This document shows positions 20,377 to 31,200 of a DNA stretch of 64,000 nucleotides, one piece after another. Each line of letters begins with the position of its first letter. Position 1 is the first letter of the stretch. Under the pieces are notes generated by a model. The model ran no database searches and was not told where the DNA came from. It saw nothing but the letters and a program-made list of their open reading frames with translations. The position numbers and the translations under genes were made by a program. Source of the stretch: Candidatus Electronema sp. JM (lineage in GTDB: Bacteria; Desulfobacterota; Desulfobulbia; Desulfobulbales; Desulfobulbaceae); assembly GCF_048287415.1 (NCBI RefSeq), contig NZ_JBLWEN010000001.1:88790-152789 (forward strand), given 5' to 3'.

Positions 20377-21864
20377 CTATCGGCTGACACCAGCTTTGCG
20401 CTGGGCTATATCATCCAGTGCTTGCTGAAGCAACTTGGCCTTAGGGTGTTTCATTTTCTGATACAGGTGCAGGCTCCTCTTCCAAGCTGCTTCCGCCTGA
20501 TCAAAATTACCGTATGTCACATACACGCTGCCCAAATTTCCGTATGTGCTCGCCGTTGCTTCTTTTAGCCCCAAGGCTTCGCTGATCTCAAGGCTCTTTC
20601 TGTACATCTCCTCCGCCTTGCCCAATTCGCCGTGTTTGAAGTGTATACTACCCAAATTAGCATACTGTATTGCTGATGTTTCCTTCAACCCCAAGGCTTC
20701 GCTGATCTCAATGCACATCTTGGACATTTTTTTCGCCTTGCCCATCTCGCCGCGTCTTGCATACATATTGCCCAGATTGCCATAATCTTGCGCCATGCAT
20801 TCCCTGCGCCCCAAGGTTTCGTGGATCGCAAGTGCTTTCATGTACATCTCCTCTGCCTCGTCCATCTCGCCGCGCGTAAAGTGTGTATTACCCAGATTGG
20901 CGTACTGGTTCGCTGTTGCTTCCGTCAGTTCCAAGGCTTCGCTGATCTCAAGGCTCTTTTTGTACATTTCCTCTGCCTTGCCCTGCTCGCCACGTATCCT
21001 ATACACATTACCCAGATTCCCGTAATCTTTCGCCATGCCTTCCTTGCGCCCCAAGGTTTCGTGGATCGCAAGTGCTTTTATGTACATCTCCTCCGCCTTA
21101 TATAGCTCACCGCGTGTGCGATACACATTGCCCAGATTACAAATAGCGATTCCCTGTAGCTCGTTGTCCTGATTTGCCTCGCCCAAGGCCAGCACCTTGT
21201 AGTATGCCTCTTCGGCCTGCGCAAATTCCCCTGTGCGGAGGAGTAAGGTGGCAAGCATATTCCAGCCCTCCGCATTGTCCGGGTCAAGCTCCACAGCCTT
21301 CTGATATGCAGTTAGGGCTGCCTTGGTATCGCTCATAAAGGCCAATGCGCCCAAATGCCGGGCGGCGGCGGCTGCTTCCTTGTTCGCCTTCCTTCCTTCT
21401 GCCTCCTTGGTCTTCAGCACTTCAGCAAAGATGGCTTGAGCCAGTTCGGTACGCCCCTGCTCCAAAGCCTTCAAGGCTTCGTTGATGCTCTTTGGTGGCG
21501 CATCCGTCTTGGACAGAGCAGCAATTGCTTCCGTTAATGCCTTGATCTGCTCGTCTTTGGCCTCCAACTGCCCTTGCAATAGCTTTACGGCCAGCTTTCC
21601 CGCATCAACTGCCGGTGCCTTGTCCATGTATTTGTTCCAAACCGCAAGGAAAAAGCCAAGCACCGTCACACTCATCCCAAGCTGGAAGCCATAGGCGAGC
21701 ATCAACTTGATGATCATGCCTGACTCCTCTGGTGAAGGCGGTTGCAGCAGCTTAGAGTCAATGAGCTTAGTGTGGATGCCAAAGACAAGCATCAGGACAA
21801 AGCCCACTAGCACCAGCGGGACAGCCAGATACTTGGCAATCTTCTCAAAGTCTGTGAAGTTCAT
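20377..21864 (-). CDS. Membrane-anchored tetratricopeptide-repeat protein
   Basis: It has an N-terminal TM (VPLVLVGFVLMLVFGI) and about 10 TPR units with recurring G(N)LGNVY...G...KAEEMY..(K)ALAI/EISEALG. The repeat structure is also visible at the DNA level. Confidence 0.8.
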   Translation of the reverse strand: MNFTDFEKIAKYLAVPLVLVGFVLMLVFGIHTKLIDSKLLQPPSPEESGMIIKLMLAYGFQLGMSVTVLGFFLAVWNKYMDKAPAVDAGKLAVKLLQGQLEAKDEQIKALTEAIAALSKTDAPPKSINEALKALEQGRTELAQAIFAEVLKTKEAEGRKANKEAAAAARHLGALAFMSDTKAALTAYQKAVELDPDNAEGWNMLATLLLRTGEFAQAEEAYYKVLALGEANQDNELQGIAICNLGNVYRTRGELYKAEEMYIKALAIHETLGRKEGMAKDYGNLGNVYRIRGEQGKAEEMYKKSLEISEALELTEATANQYANLGNTHFTRGEMDEAEEMYMKALAIHETLGRRECMAQDYGNLGNMYARRGEMGKAKKMSKMCIEISEALGLKETSAIQYANLGSIHFKHGELGKAEEMYRKSLEISEALGLKEATASTYGNLGSVYVTYGNFDQAEAAWKRSLHLYQKMKHPKAKLLQQALDDIAQRKAGVSR

Positions 21865-22029
21865 GTGTGCTCGTGGTGTATTGCAAGAAACGATGCAGGC
21901 AGGCTGCGGGGACAGTCGCCGCAGCGCCTTTACACATTCGATTCTAAAACTTCCTCATCGCCAACCTACGCTTGGCTGCGCAACTGCTTCGGATAAGGCT
22001 GTATCAACGTTGGCAGGCCAGCTCCGATC

Positions 22030-22290
22030 TTTTCAAGGCAGCCTCCTTTTCTTCCGCGCTCAAGCCCTCTTTTAAAAAGGACAGGCCCTTTTCTTAAAAG
22101 GGCGCATCCTTTCAACGAAAGAGTATCTCCTTTTTTAAATAGGGCTTCCGCTTTTAACAAAAGTGCGCGTTCTTTTCTTAAAAAGAACGCCTCTCTTAAC
22201 GAAAGAGACCTCCCTCTTTAAAAGAGGACACGTCCTATCGAAAAATTAGGGCTTCATTTTCTTAAAAGGACAGCCTCTTTCGTCCAACGG
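22030..22290. repeat. Degenerate tandem array of about 11 units with a 21-bp period. Each unit is a GC-rich 9-mer plus a short AT-rich palindrome (ttttcttaaaag or similar).
   Basis: Direct reading gives units such as ...gacaggccc ttttcttaaaag / ggcgcatcc tttcaacgaaag / agtatctcc ttttttaaatag / ggcttccgc ttttaacaaaag / tgcgcgttc ttttcttaaaaag... The array lies between the 3' end of gyrB and the 5' side of the TPR gene. Confidence 0.8.
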
Positions 22291-22336
22291 GGCCGTGCAT
22301 TTGTTCCGCAGCCCCGGTTGTTCGCCGAAGTTCCCT

Positions 22337-25300
22337 TCACACATCCAGCTCAGAAACCTCCAGCGCGTGGTTCTGGATGAACTCGCGCCGTGGCTCGACC
22401 TTGTCGCCCATCAAGGTGACGAACAAATCATCCGCAGCCTCGGCATCCTCAATCCTGACGCGCAGCAGGGTGCGGTTGGCCGGGTTCATGGTCGTCTCCC
22501 AAAGCTGCTCCGGGTTCATCTCGCCCAAACCTTTATACCGCTGCAAATGACTGCCCCGGAAGGTCTCCTCGCGGACAACACGAATCAGCTCGCGCCAATT
22601 TTTAGCCGGAATTTCCTTCTCCTGACCAGAGGCCGCATTCTTGCAGAGGGTGAAACTGCTGCCGATGTGCTCCCTGATTTCAGGATAGAGATCAAGACCG
22701 AGCCGGTATTCGGGAATCAGCGGAATATGCGGCCCGATGACCGCACGGGTGTGGGCCAAACCTTGAAAGGCCGCCTCCGCCTCAAAGCAACTGGGCCGGG
22801 ACGCGCAAACGCGAATGCCGCTGGTGACGGCATTGATGCTGGCGAGCTTATCCAGCAGCCCGTGCAGGAACGCCTCCTCCTTGAATTGATCCGCAGAATG
22901 GACATCGTTTTCAAGCAGGAAGAGGGTGAGCTGCTCCTGAATGTTCATCCGTTCCAAGAAGGTGCTGATGCGCTCAAACAGGGTGAGCTTCTTCAGCAAA
23001 CTGACCAGTTCCTGCCCGGCCAGCACGCTGCCGTTCTCCAAGCGGACTTGCACAAACTGGGCCGCCTGATCGTAAAGGTGGTTGTTGAGCGCGTCCTCAT
23101 CCAGGAAATATTGCTCCTTCTTGCCCCGGCCCAAGCGATAAAGCGGCGGCTGGCCGATATAAACATAGCCTTGCTCGACCAGCGGCAGCATCTGGCGATA
23201 GAAGAAGGTGAGCAGCAAGGTGCGGATGTGCGCGCCGTCCACGTCCGCGTCGGTCATGATGATGATCTTGTGGTAGCGCAGCTTGCTCGCATCAAACTCC
23301 TCCCGCCCGATGCCGGTGCCCATTGCGGCGATCAATTGCTTGATCTCCTCCGAGTCGAGAATCTTGTCGAAACGTGCCTTCTCCACATTCATGATCTTGC
23401 CGCGCAACGGCAGGATGGCTTGGATGGAGCGGTCGCGGCCTTGCTTGGCACTGTTGTGAACAAACACGCCGCTGGCTAAAGCAAAATTGTGCGTGTTCGG
23501 CACTTCGATGTCGTACACATCAATACGCTCGGTCAGCTTCTCCACTGAGACAACGCGGTGGTTGTAATTGCTCACCGCTTCCAGAGCGCGTTCGGTGTTG
23601 TTATCAAAATACCGCTGGCAGAAGGTGTCAAAGCGCAGCAATGATTTGTCCTTTGTGGCAATGCGGTGCTGGCGGTAGCCTTCAAGATCAACTGCGCCGG
23701 GCCGCAGCTCGTGCCGCTTGAGCACGGCCAAAGTTTTCCGGTAATACGTCTGCTGCAACGCAGCTTGGCGGCGGGCGCGGAACTCTGCTGTCCATTGCTG
23801 CTGAGTTTTCTGACTGCGCCACGCCAGCAGCTCGGCATCGCTCCATTGCTCTTTCGCCTTTCGTGACTGCTCCGCACGGGCTTCCGGGTGCTCTTCAAAA
23901 TAGGAACGCACCCGTTCAGCTTGGGCCAAGCGGTTTTCCTCATCCTGCCAGTAGATTTTCTGCGCCTCATTCAACAAAGCGGCATTTTGCTGGCGATATT
24001 CTGCGTTGCTGCGGTAGAACTCCCGCCATTTGTCGGCCATGAAGGCTTTGTACGCCGCATCGTCCCATTGCACTTGAGCGCGTTCAGAGAGCTGCTGCCG
24101 CAACTGCATCATGCGTTGGCTCATCTTGGTGCGGAATTCAGGACTCTGCCGGACAGCCCGACTCTTTTCGATCACATCGGGCCGACGCAGGGTTCGGTCA
24201 GCGTGCTGCCGATGCAGGCGCAAATGCTCTTCCGCCGGAAGCCGCCGGATGTTGGAGGGATTGTTGTTGCGCTTATTGAAATCAAGGTGATGCCGATGTT
24301 CGCCATCTTCAGCCTGATAACCACCTGCCTTGCAGTTATATTTATCGGCAAGGACATGTGTGAATTTCCAGCGGCTGGCATTTGGTTCCCAAACCATTTC
24401 ATAGCCGTCAATGGTGATGCCCGGTTCATTCATATCCGAGAGCTTGCGATACAGCGGCATCAAAGAAGTGCCGACAGTCAGCCGTTCTGCCGGGCAATAG
24501 CTGCCATCGCGAAGCAGGAAGCGGTGATCCGGGGTGCAGACAATCTGCTCGCCATTGTCCAGCGTCACCTGCACAACTTCCTGCTGCCGCTTAGTCAGGC
24601 GCGGATGCAAAATCCGTTCGAGGCCAATCTTGCCGTCTGCTTGAATGGTGTAGCAGAAATGCTCTTTGCCCTGCTCCTGCTCGGCGATCAGCTCCAAAAA
24701 GCTGAGGGCGCGGCCATCGGCCAAAGCCACTTTGGTCTCGCCAGAAAAGCAGCCGCCCGCTGAATCGCCCTCCACGAGAAACAGCTCGCGCTCTGCCGGA
24801 TTCTTCGACTGGCATTCAGCCAGCTTGCCTGCCATCAGCAGAGAAATGCCGTCCTTCTTGCGTGACAAATCACGCGCCTTCCGCGCCGCTTCTCTGGCCC
24901 GCGCCGCCTCGACCGCCTTGCTGAGTATCTGCCGCGCCACCTGCGGGTTGCGCTCCAAGTAATCGCCAAGCTGCTCGGTGCAGATGGAAGCGACGATGCC
25001 CTTCACCTCGGAGTTGCCCAGCTTGGTCTTGGTCTGACCCTCGAACTGCGGATTCGGCACCCGCACTGAAATGATTGCAGTCAGGCCCTCGCGCACATCA
25101 TCGCCCTCCATTTTCTCCTTCATGTGCTTGGGCACAATGTCATCAGTGGCGTATTTGTTGATGCACTTGGTCAGCGCGGCGCGGAAACCCGCCACATGCG
25201 AGCCGCCTTCGCGGGTGTTGATGTTGTTGACAAAGGAAGCCAGCCGCTCAGTGTAGCTGTCCACATATTGCAGACAGACCTCGACCTGCACCTGCTCCTG

Positions 25301-26110
25301 CTCGCCTTCCAGAAAGATCGGCTGCGGATGAATCGGGGTGCGGTTGCGGTTCAGGTGCTCGACATATTCAACCACGCCGCCTTCATAATGAAACACATCC
25401 TCAGCCCCGCTTTGCTCATCCTTCAGGGTGATGTGAACGCCCCGATTGAGAAAAGCCAGCTCGCGCAGCCGGTTGAGGACGATCTCGTATTTGAACACAA
25501 CCGTCTGGGTGAATATCTCCGGGTCTGGCTTGAAAGTAATCGTGGTGCCGGTGTGCTCGCTGGTGCCAACCACCTCCAGCTCGCTGGTCTTTGCGCCGTA
25601 AGAGAAGGTCTGCCGGTAGAGCTTGCCGTTGCGCCGCACCTCAGCGGTGACATGGGTGGAGAGCGCATTGACCACCGACACGCCCACGCCGTGCAATCCG
25701 CCGGAAACTTTATAGGACGAATGATCGAACTTGCCGCCCGCGTGCAAGGTGGTCAGCACCAGCTCAAGAGCGGTCATGTTTTCCGTCGGATGCTTGTCCA
25801 CCGGAATGCCGCGTCCGTTGTCTTCGACCGAGCAGGAACCGTCCTCCAGCAGGATCACCTTAATCTGGTTGCAGTATCCGGCCAGAGCCTCGTCAATCGA
25901 GTTGTCCACCACCTCGTAAATCAGATGATGCAGCCCTTCTTCCGCCGTGTTGCCGATATACATGGACGGACGCTTGCGCACCGCCTCAAGCCCGTCAAGA
26001 ACCTTGATCTGATCCGCCCCGTAGGACGTGTTCTGCTGTTCGCTCACTTGCTTGCCTTCTCTGAAGAATTTATACGGAAAACGGCATGGTTGCGATGCGG
26101 CGCGCCGCAT
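22337..26110 (-). CDS. gyrB: DNA gyrase subunit B carrying an in-frame intein of about 433 aa. The real start is probably near 26035-26050 at [17 protein letters not shown].
   Basis: GHKL ATPase motifs are present ([38 protein letters not shown]). A TOPRIM domain with EGDSAGG is interrupted by [10 protein letters not shown]...GVFVHN. The sequence then resumes [27 protein letters not shown] and continues to the C-terminus ...[11 protein letters not shown]. Confidence 0.95.
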   Translation of the reverse strand: MRRAASQPCRFPYKFFREGKQVSEQQNTSYGADQIKVLDGLEAVRKRPSMYIGNTAEEGLHHLIYEVVDNSIDEALAGYCNQIKVILLEDGSCSVEDNGRGIPVDKHPTENMTALELVLTTLHAGGKFDHSSYKVSGGLHGVGVSVVNALSTHVTAEVRRNGKLYRQTFSYGAKTSELEVVGTSEHTGTTITFKPDPEIFTQTVVFKYEIVLNRLRELAFLNRGVHITLKDEQSGAEDVFHYEGGVVEYVEHLNRNRTPIHPQPIFLEGEQEQVQVEVCLQYVDSYTERLASFVNNINTREGGSHVAGFRAALTKCINKYATDDIVPKHMKEKMEGDDVREGLTAIISVRVPNPQFEGQTKTKLGNSEVKGIVASICTEQLGDYLERNPQVARQILSKAVEAARAREAARKARDLSRKKDGISLLMAGKLAECQSKNPAERELFLVEGDSAGGCFSGETKVALADGRALSFLELIAEQEQGKEHFCYTIQADGKIGLERILHPRLTKRQQEVVQVTLDNGEQIVCTPDHRFLLRDGSYCPAERLTVGTSLMPLYRKLSDMNEPGITIDGYEMVWEPNASRWKFTHVLADKYNCKAGGYQAEDGEHRHHLDFNKRNNNPSNIRRLPAEEHLRLHRQHADRTLRRPDVIEKSRAVRQSPEFRTKMSQRMMQLRQQLSERAQVQWDDAAYKAFMADKWREFYRSNAEYRQQNAALLNEAQKIYWQDEENRLAQAERVRSYFEEHPEARAEQSRKAKEQWSDAELLAWRSQKTQQQWTAEFRARRQAALQQTYYRKTLAVLKRHELRPGAVDLEGYRQHRIATKDKSLLRFDTFCQRYFDNNTERALEAVSNYNHRVVSVEKLTERIDVYDIEVPNTHNFALASGVFVHNSAKQGRDRSIQAILPLRGKIMNVEKARFDKILDSEEIKQLIAAMGTGIGREEFDASKLRYHKIIIMTDADVDGAHIRTLLLTFFYRQMLPLVEQGYVYIGQPPLYRLGRGKKEQYFLDEDALNNHLYDQAAQFVQVRLENGSVLAGQELVSLLKKLTLFERISTFLERMNIQEQLTLFLLENDVHSADQFKEEAFLHGLLDKLASINAVTSGIRVCASRPSCFEAEAAFQGLAHTRAVIGPHIPLIPEYRLGLDLYPEIREHIGSSFTLCKNAASGQEKEIPAKNWRELIRVVREETFRGSHLQRYKGLGEMNPEQLWETTMNPANRTLLRVRIEDAEAADDLFVTLMGDKVEPRREFIQNHALEVSELDV
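23453..24751 (-). mobile_element. Intein inserted in GyrB TOPRIM, between EGDSAGG and SAKQGRD, with an HNH-type endonuclease module
   Basis: The first intein residue is Cys (block [14 protein letters not shown]). The intein ends VHN followed by Ser(+1). The internal HNH-like motif is [31 protein letters not shown]. The extein-only length is about 800 aa, normal for GyrB. Confidence 0.8.
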
Positions 26111-26352
26111 CCTGCCGGAAGCGGCTCATCATACCATAGTTCCGGCAAAAACGGGGAAAAATCTGCGGTTTGCAAGGAATTTTATCCAGATGGCCGCGCC
26201 GCCGCCAAGGAGCATTCCAGCGCGGAGCACTGCTGGCAAAATATGCAATAACGAAGAAAACAGGAACAGCCTGAATACAGTGGCATTTTTTCGCTACGAC
26301 TGGTATGATGGGCGGAGCTTGCCATTTTTATTTTTCATTGAGGAGAAGCGTT

Positions 26353-27045
26353 ATGGAATATTCCCACGAAGTCAAAGAGATGTGCTGCGTCACCAAGGGG
26401 CCGGATCACGGACCTTCGCCCATCCCGCAGGAAGGGCAGTGGAATCAGGTGCGGCAGATCAGCGAAATCAACGGCCTGAGCCATGCGGTCGGCTGGTGCG
26501 CTCCGCATCAGGGGGCCTGCAAGCTGACCTTGAACGTCAAGGGCGGCATTATTGAAGAAGCCTTGGTTGAAACCGTCGGCTGCACCGGCATGACCCATTC
26601 CGCAGCGATGGCGGCGGAAATCCTGCCCGGCAAGACCATTCTGGAAGCCCTGAACACCGACTTGGTCTGCGACGCGATCAACGTGGCCATGCGCGAGTTC
26701 TTCAAGCAGATCAGCTATGGCCGCACACAATCCGCCTTCTCGGAAGGCGGCCTGCCTATCGGCGCGGGCTTGGAGGATTTGGGCAAGGGGCTGCGCACCG
26801 TCACCGGCACCACCTACGGCACCCGCCTGAAAGGGCCGCGCTACTTGGAGCTGGCCGAGGGCTACATCATGGAGCTGGGGCTGGATGCCAACGACGAGAT
26901 CATCGGCTACAAATTCCTCAGAATCGGGCCTATGCTCGACGCGATCAAAAAGGGCGTTGATCCGGCAGAGGCGATGGCCAAGGCCACCGGCACCTACGGA
27001 CGCTTCGCCGAGGCCGTCAAAACAATTGATCCCCGGAAGGAGTAA
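26353..27045 (+). CDS. NifU/IscU-like N-terminal-domain protein, partner of the GGGtGRT protein
   Basis: Three conserved Cys lie in an IscU-like context (MCCVTKGP...VGWCAPHQGACKLTLNVKGGIIEE...VGCTGMTHSAAMAAE). The start is at MEYSHEV, preceded by GAGGAG. Confidence 0.6.
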   Translation: MEYSHEVKEMCCVTKGPDHGPSPIPQEGQWNQVRQISEINGLSHAVGWCAPHQGACKLTLNVKGGIIEEALVETVGCTGMTHSAAMAAEILPGKTILEALNTDLVCDAINVAMREFFKQISYGRTQSAFSEGGLPIGAGLEDLGKGLRTVTGTTYGTRLKGPRYLELAEGYIMELGLDANDEIIGYKFLRIGPMLDAIKKGVDPAEAMAKATGTYGRFAEAVKTIDPRKE

Positions 27046-27050
27046 CTATC

Positions 27051-28052
27051 ATGGCGCTTTTTGAAGGATACGAACGGAGAATCAGCAAGATCAACGCGGT
27101 GCTGGCCGAACACGGGATCAAGGATTTGGATGCGGCCAAGCAGCTCTGTTTAGATGCGGGCGTGGATGTCTATGCCATTGTCAAGGGCGTGCAGCCGATC
27201 TGCTTTGAGAACGCCTGCTGGGCCTACATCGCCGGTGCGGCCATTGCTTTGAAAAAAAGGCAGAAAAAGGCGGTGGAAATTGCCTCCACTTTGGGCATCG
27301 GCTTGCAGGCCTTTTGCATTCCCGGCTCAGTGGCCGAAAACCGCAAAGTGGGCATTGGTCACGGCAACTTGGCCGCCCGGCTCCTTAGCGAGGAAACAAA
27401 GTGCTTCGCCTTTCTCGCCGGGCATGAGTCCTTTGCCGCTGCGGAAGGCGCCATCGGCATTGCCAGATCCGCCAACCGGGTGCGCACTGAGCCGCTGCGG
27501 GTCATCCTCAACGGCCTCGGCAAAGACGCGGCCTATATCATCTCGCGCATCAATGGCTTCACCTATGTGAAGACACAGTACGACTACTACAGCGGCGCAC
27601 TCAACATTGTTGAGGAAAAGGCGTTTTCCAGCGGCGAGCGGGCCAAAGTGCGCTGCTACGGCGCGGATGACGTGCGCGAGGGCGTGGCCATCAACCACTT
27701 GGAGCTGGTCGATGTGTCCATCACAGGCAACTCGACCAACCCGACCCGCTTCCAGCATCCGGTGGCCGGAACGTACAAGAAGGAATGCCTTGAGCAGGGC
27801 CGGAAGTATTTCTCGGTGGCTTCCGGCGGCGGCACAGGCCGGACGTTGCACCCAGACAACATGGCCGCTGGTCCGGCTTCTTACGGCATGACCGACACCA
27901 TGGGCCGGATGCACAGCGACGCGCAGTTCGCCGGCTCGTCCTCCGTGCCTGCGCATGTCGAAATGATGGGCTTTATCGGCATGGGCAACAATCCGATGGT
28001 TGGCGCATCAGTGGCGGTGGCAGTGGCCTTGCAGCAGGCGGCGGGGCAGTAA
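27051..28052 (+). CDS. GGGtGRT-family protein
   Basis: It contains the eponymous motif (FSVASGGGTGRTLHPDNMA). It starts 6 nt after the upstream NifU-like gene. Confidence 0.75.
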   Translation: MALFEGYERRISKINAVLAEHGIKDLDAAKQLCLDAGVDVYAIVKGVQPICFENACWAYIAGAAIALKKRQKKAVEIASTLGIGLQAFCIPGSVAENRKVGIGHGNLAARLLSEETKCFAFLAGHESFAAAEGAIGIARSANRVRTEPLRVILNGLGKDAAYIISRINGFTYVKTQYDYYSGALNIVEEKAFSSGERAKVRCYGADDVREGVAINHLELVDVSITGNSTNPTRFQHPVAGTYKKECLEQGRKYFSVASGGGTGRTLHPDNMAAGPASYGMTDTMGRMHSDAQFAGSSSVPAHVEMMGFIGMGNNPMVGASVAVAVALQQAAGQ

Positions 28053-28272
28053 AACAACAGCAGGTCTGCATCACAAATTGGTGCAGACCATGCACAGTTT
28101 ACGGCTCTCGGTAATCAAACAGCAATGAGGACAGGTTCAATTCTGTCCTCAATATCTTTAGTTCATCCGTCAATTGCATCGGCTTTTTCCGAGCGCAGAC
28201 CGGCTGTGATTGGAAATCCGGGAAGATGAATCAATGTGAACGGCCTGAACTGCCACTCTGAACCCGCCTGTC

Positions 28273-31200
28273 ATGCGCATCCTCAAACTCCGCCTGCGCA
28301 ACCTCAACTCCCTTGTCGGCGGGTGGGAGATTGACTTCACCCACCCGGCCTTTGCCGACGGCATCTTCGCTATCACCGGCCCAACCGGCGCAGGCAAGAC
28401 CACTATTCTCGATGCGCTCTGCCTCGCGCTGTATGGCCGCACGCCGCGCTTGGATAAAGTGACGAAGCGCGGCAATGAGATTATGTCTCGGCAGAGCGGC
28501 GAATGCTTTGCCGAGGTGGAATTCTCGGTCGGCAAGGAGGCCCGCCGCTGCTCCTGGAGCCAAGGCCGCAGCCGGAAAAAGGCGGACGGAGAACTTCAGC
28601 AGCCGAAGCGCGAGCTGTCGCTGCTCAACGGCGAGATTCTTGCCAGCAGCGTCAGCAGCGTGGAACAGCTTGTTGAGGAATGCACCGGCATGGATTTCGA
28701 CCGCTTCACCCGCTCCATGCTGCTCGCGCAGGGCGGTTTCGCCGCCTTTCTCCAAGCCTCGCCGGATGAGCGTTCGCCGATTTTGGAGCAGATCACCGGC
28801 AGCACAATTTACAGCGAGATATCCATCCGTGCGCATGAACGCTGGAAACGCGAAAACGACCGCCAGAAGCAGCTTGAGGAACAGGCGGCGGCCTTCCAGC
28901 TTCTCAGCTTGGAAGAAGAGGACGTGCTGCGGCAGGAGCTGGACAGGCTGCGCGGCGAGGTGCGCGTTCAGGGCGACAGGCTGACGCAGCTTGATGCCGC
29001 TCTGAAATGGCTGAAGCGACTTGCTGATCTACGCCAAGACGTGGCAGCGGTCAGCAGGGAGCAGGCCGGGCTGGCTGCGGCGCAAGAGCAGTTTGCCGCC
29101 AGCGAGCAGCGGCTGCGTCTGGACGGACTGGCCCTGCTTGTAGCTGGGGAGCACGCCGCCTTGGCCGCCCGGCGTAAGCAGCAGGCGGATGATCTCAGTG
29201 CAGCGGCAATCTTACGCCGCAGCCTGCCGGAGCTGGAAGCCGCGCTCAAGGCGGCAGACGGGCGGTTGGTCAGCAGCGGCGATGCGCTTGCAGCAGCCAA
29301 AGCAGCGCAGGAGACAGGCCGCGTCCTTATCACCAAAGTGCGCGAGCTGGATTTTCGCTTGCAAGAGAAGCGGGCCGCGCTGCGCAAGCAGGACGAAGCC
29401 TGCGCCGAATTGCGCCGGAAAAATGCTGCTGATCTCGCCGCCTGCGGGAAGCTGGAGCAGGAGCTGCGGCGTGTTCAGGATAGTCAGCAGCAGAGTGCGG
29501 CTTATCTGGCGAAACATGCGGCAGACGAGCGGCTGCTGACAGACTTGACCGGTCTCGGTCAGCAATTGAAGCAGCTTGGCGAGCTGGCCTGGCGGCATGA
29601 GGATGTCAGGCTCGCAGCGGCACTTGCTGAGAAAACCGCTGCCGAGGCGGCGCAGTTCTGGCAGGGCAAAGCTGCGGCGCGGCGCAAGGCGGATGAGCTG
29701 CTTGCCGAAGTGCAAGAGGCACGGGCGGCGGCGGACAACGAATTTGCTCAGCTCCTGCAAGGCCGCCGGGCTGAGGAGCTGTGGCACGAGCAGAACGCCT
29801 TGATCACGCTGACCAAGCTGCTGGCCCAAGCAGATATGCTGGCCAAGGAGCGGGCTGATCTGCATGAGCAGCAGGTTGCGAACAGCGTGGCCAAACAGGT
29901 GCTGGCAGAGACGCTGCGCACGCTGCGGCAGCACTGCAATGCGGCACGGCAGGAGGAGGAAGTCCGGCGGATTGAAGCGGACTTTGCCAAGCGCGTGCTC
30001 AGTCTGGAGGAGCAGCGGGCGCGGCTTCAGGCCGGACAGCCGTGTCCGCTCTGCGGCTCGCCGGAGCATCCCTACGCACAGGGCGGTTTACCTTTGCTGC
30101 ATCAGGCCGAATTGGCCGCGCAGGCAGCCGCTGCGGCCTTGCGGCAGGCTGAGGAAGCTCTGAACAAGGCGGACAAAGAGCAGGCGCGGTTAGATCAGGC
30201 TGCCCAGCATCTCGATGAGCGTCTGACTGAGAAGAACACGGCCATGCAGGCACTTCAGCAGCAGACAGCCAACTGCTGCGCCGAGCTGGCTCTGGTGCCG
30301 GAGCAGCAGCTGTCGGAAATTGAGCAGCGGCTGCATGAGAATCGGCAGACCGTGCAGGCCGCTGAGGCATTGACCAAGAAAATCAGCCAGCTTGGCAAAA
30401 CGCTGGAGCAGCGGCAGGCCGCCTGCATCCAAACTGCGCAGGATGAAAGCAAGGCCGCTGCTGCGCGGGATAAGGCGCAGGAGGCGCGGCAGCGTCTGGC
30501 TGAGGAAGAGCGCAATTTAGCAGAAGATGTGGCGGTAAAGCTGCGGGCGGCGCAAACTGAGCTAGCGGTGTACGGCTGCGCTGAGTTCTCGCTGCGGGAG
30601 ATTGACCAAACCGCCATTGCGTTGACCACCCGCCGCGACACATGGCAGCGGCATCAGCAGCAGCGTATTGCGGCGGAGCAGAAGATTGCCGGGCTTGATA
30701 CAGACGTAAAGGTGCTGCGGGCGGGCATTGAGCAGCGGAACAGGCAGCTTGAGCACGAGGAGCCGCTGCTGCAAGCAGGACGGCAGGAGGCGGAACGGTT
30801 GGCCGCTGAACGGGCCGCGCTCTTTGCCGACAAGCAGCCGGAAGCGGAAGAAAAGCGGCTGGCTGAGGCGGTCAAAGCGGCGGAGCAGGCCGTTGAGCAG
30901 GCGCAGGCGGCGCAGCAGCGACAAGAGAAAACGCTGCATCAGCAACACGCCCTGATCAGCAGCCGGGAGCGTGCCGCTGCGGACAGGATGCCGGAGCTGG
31001 CGCGGCAGGAGGCAGCCTTTGCCGAACGGCTGCGGGCGGGCGGTTTTGCCGATGAAGCGGCTTGGCAGACGGCGCAGCTTGCTGAGGCGGAGCGGGCGGC
31101 CTTGCGGCGGCAGGCGGAAGAGCTGCGTGACCGCCGGACACAGCTTGACGAGCGGCGGCGCGACCGCGAAGCCCGCTTGGCCGAGGAGGAGCAATTAGCC

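Noticed and set aside
21966-22160. 64-aa ORF with repeated LFKKG/LLRKG/LFKRG
   Set aside because: The periodic peptide simply mirrors the 21-bp DNA tandem repeat it overlaps. It is likely non-coding.
22030-22290. CRISPR array reading of the 21-bp tandem repeats
   Set aside because: The units are too short and contiguous with no unique spacers, and no cas genes are nearby. It is a simple phased tandem repeat.
21865-26350. Replication origin near gyrB
   Set aside because: No DnaA boxes (TTATCCACA or similar) were found, and dnaA, dnaN and recF are absent upstream of gyrB.
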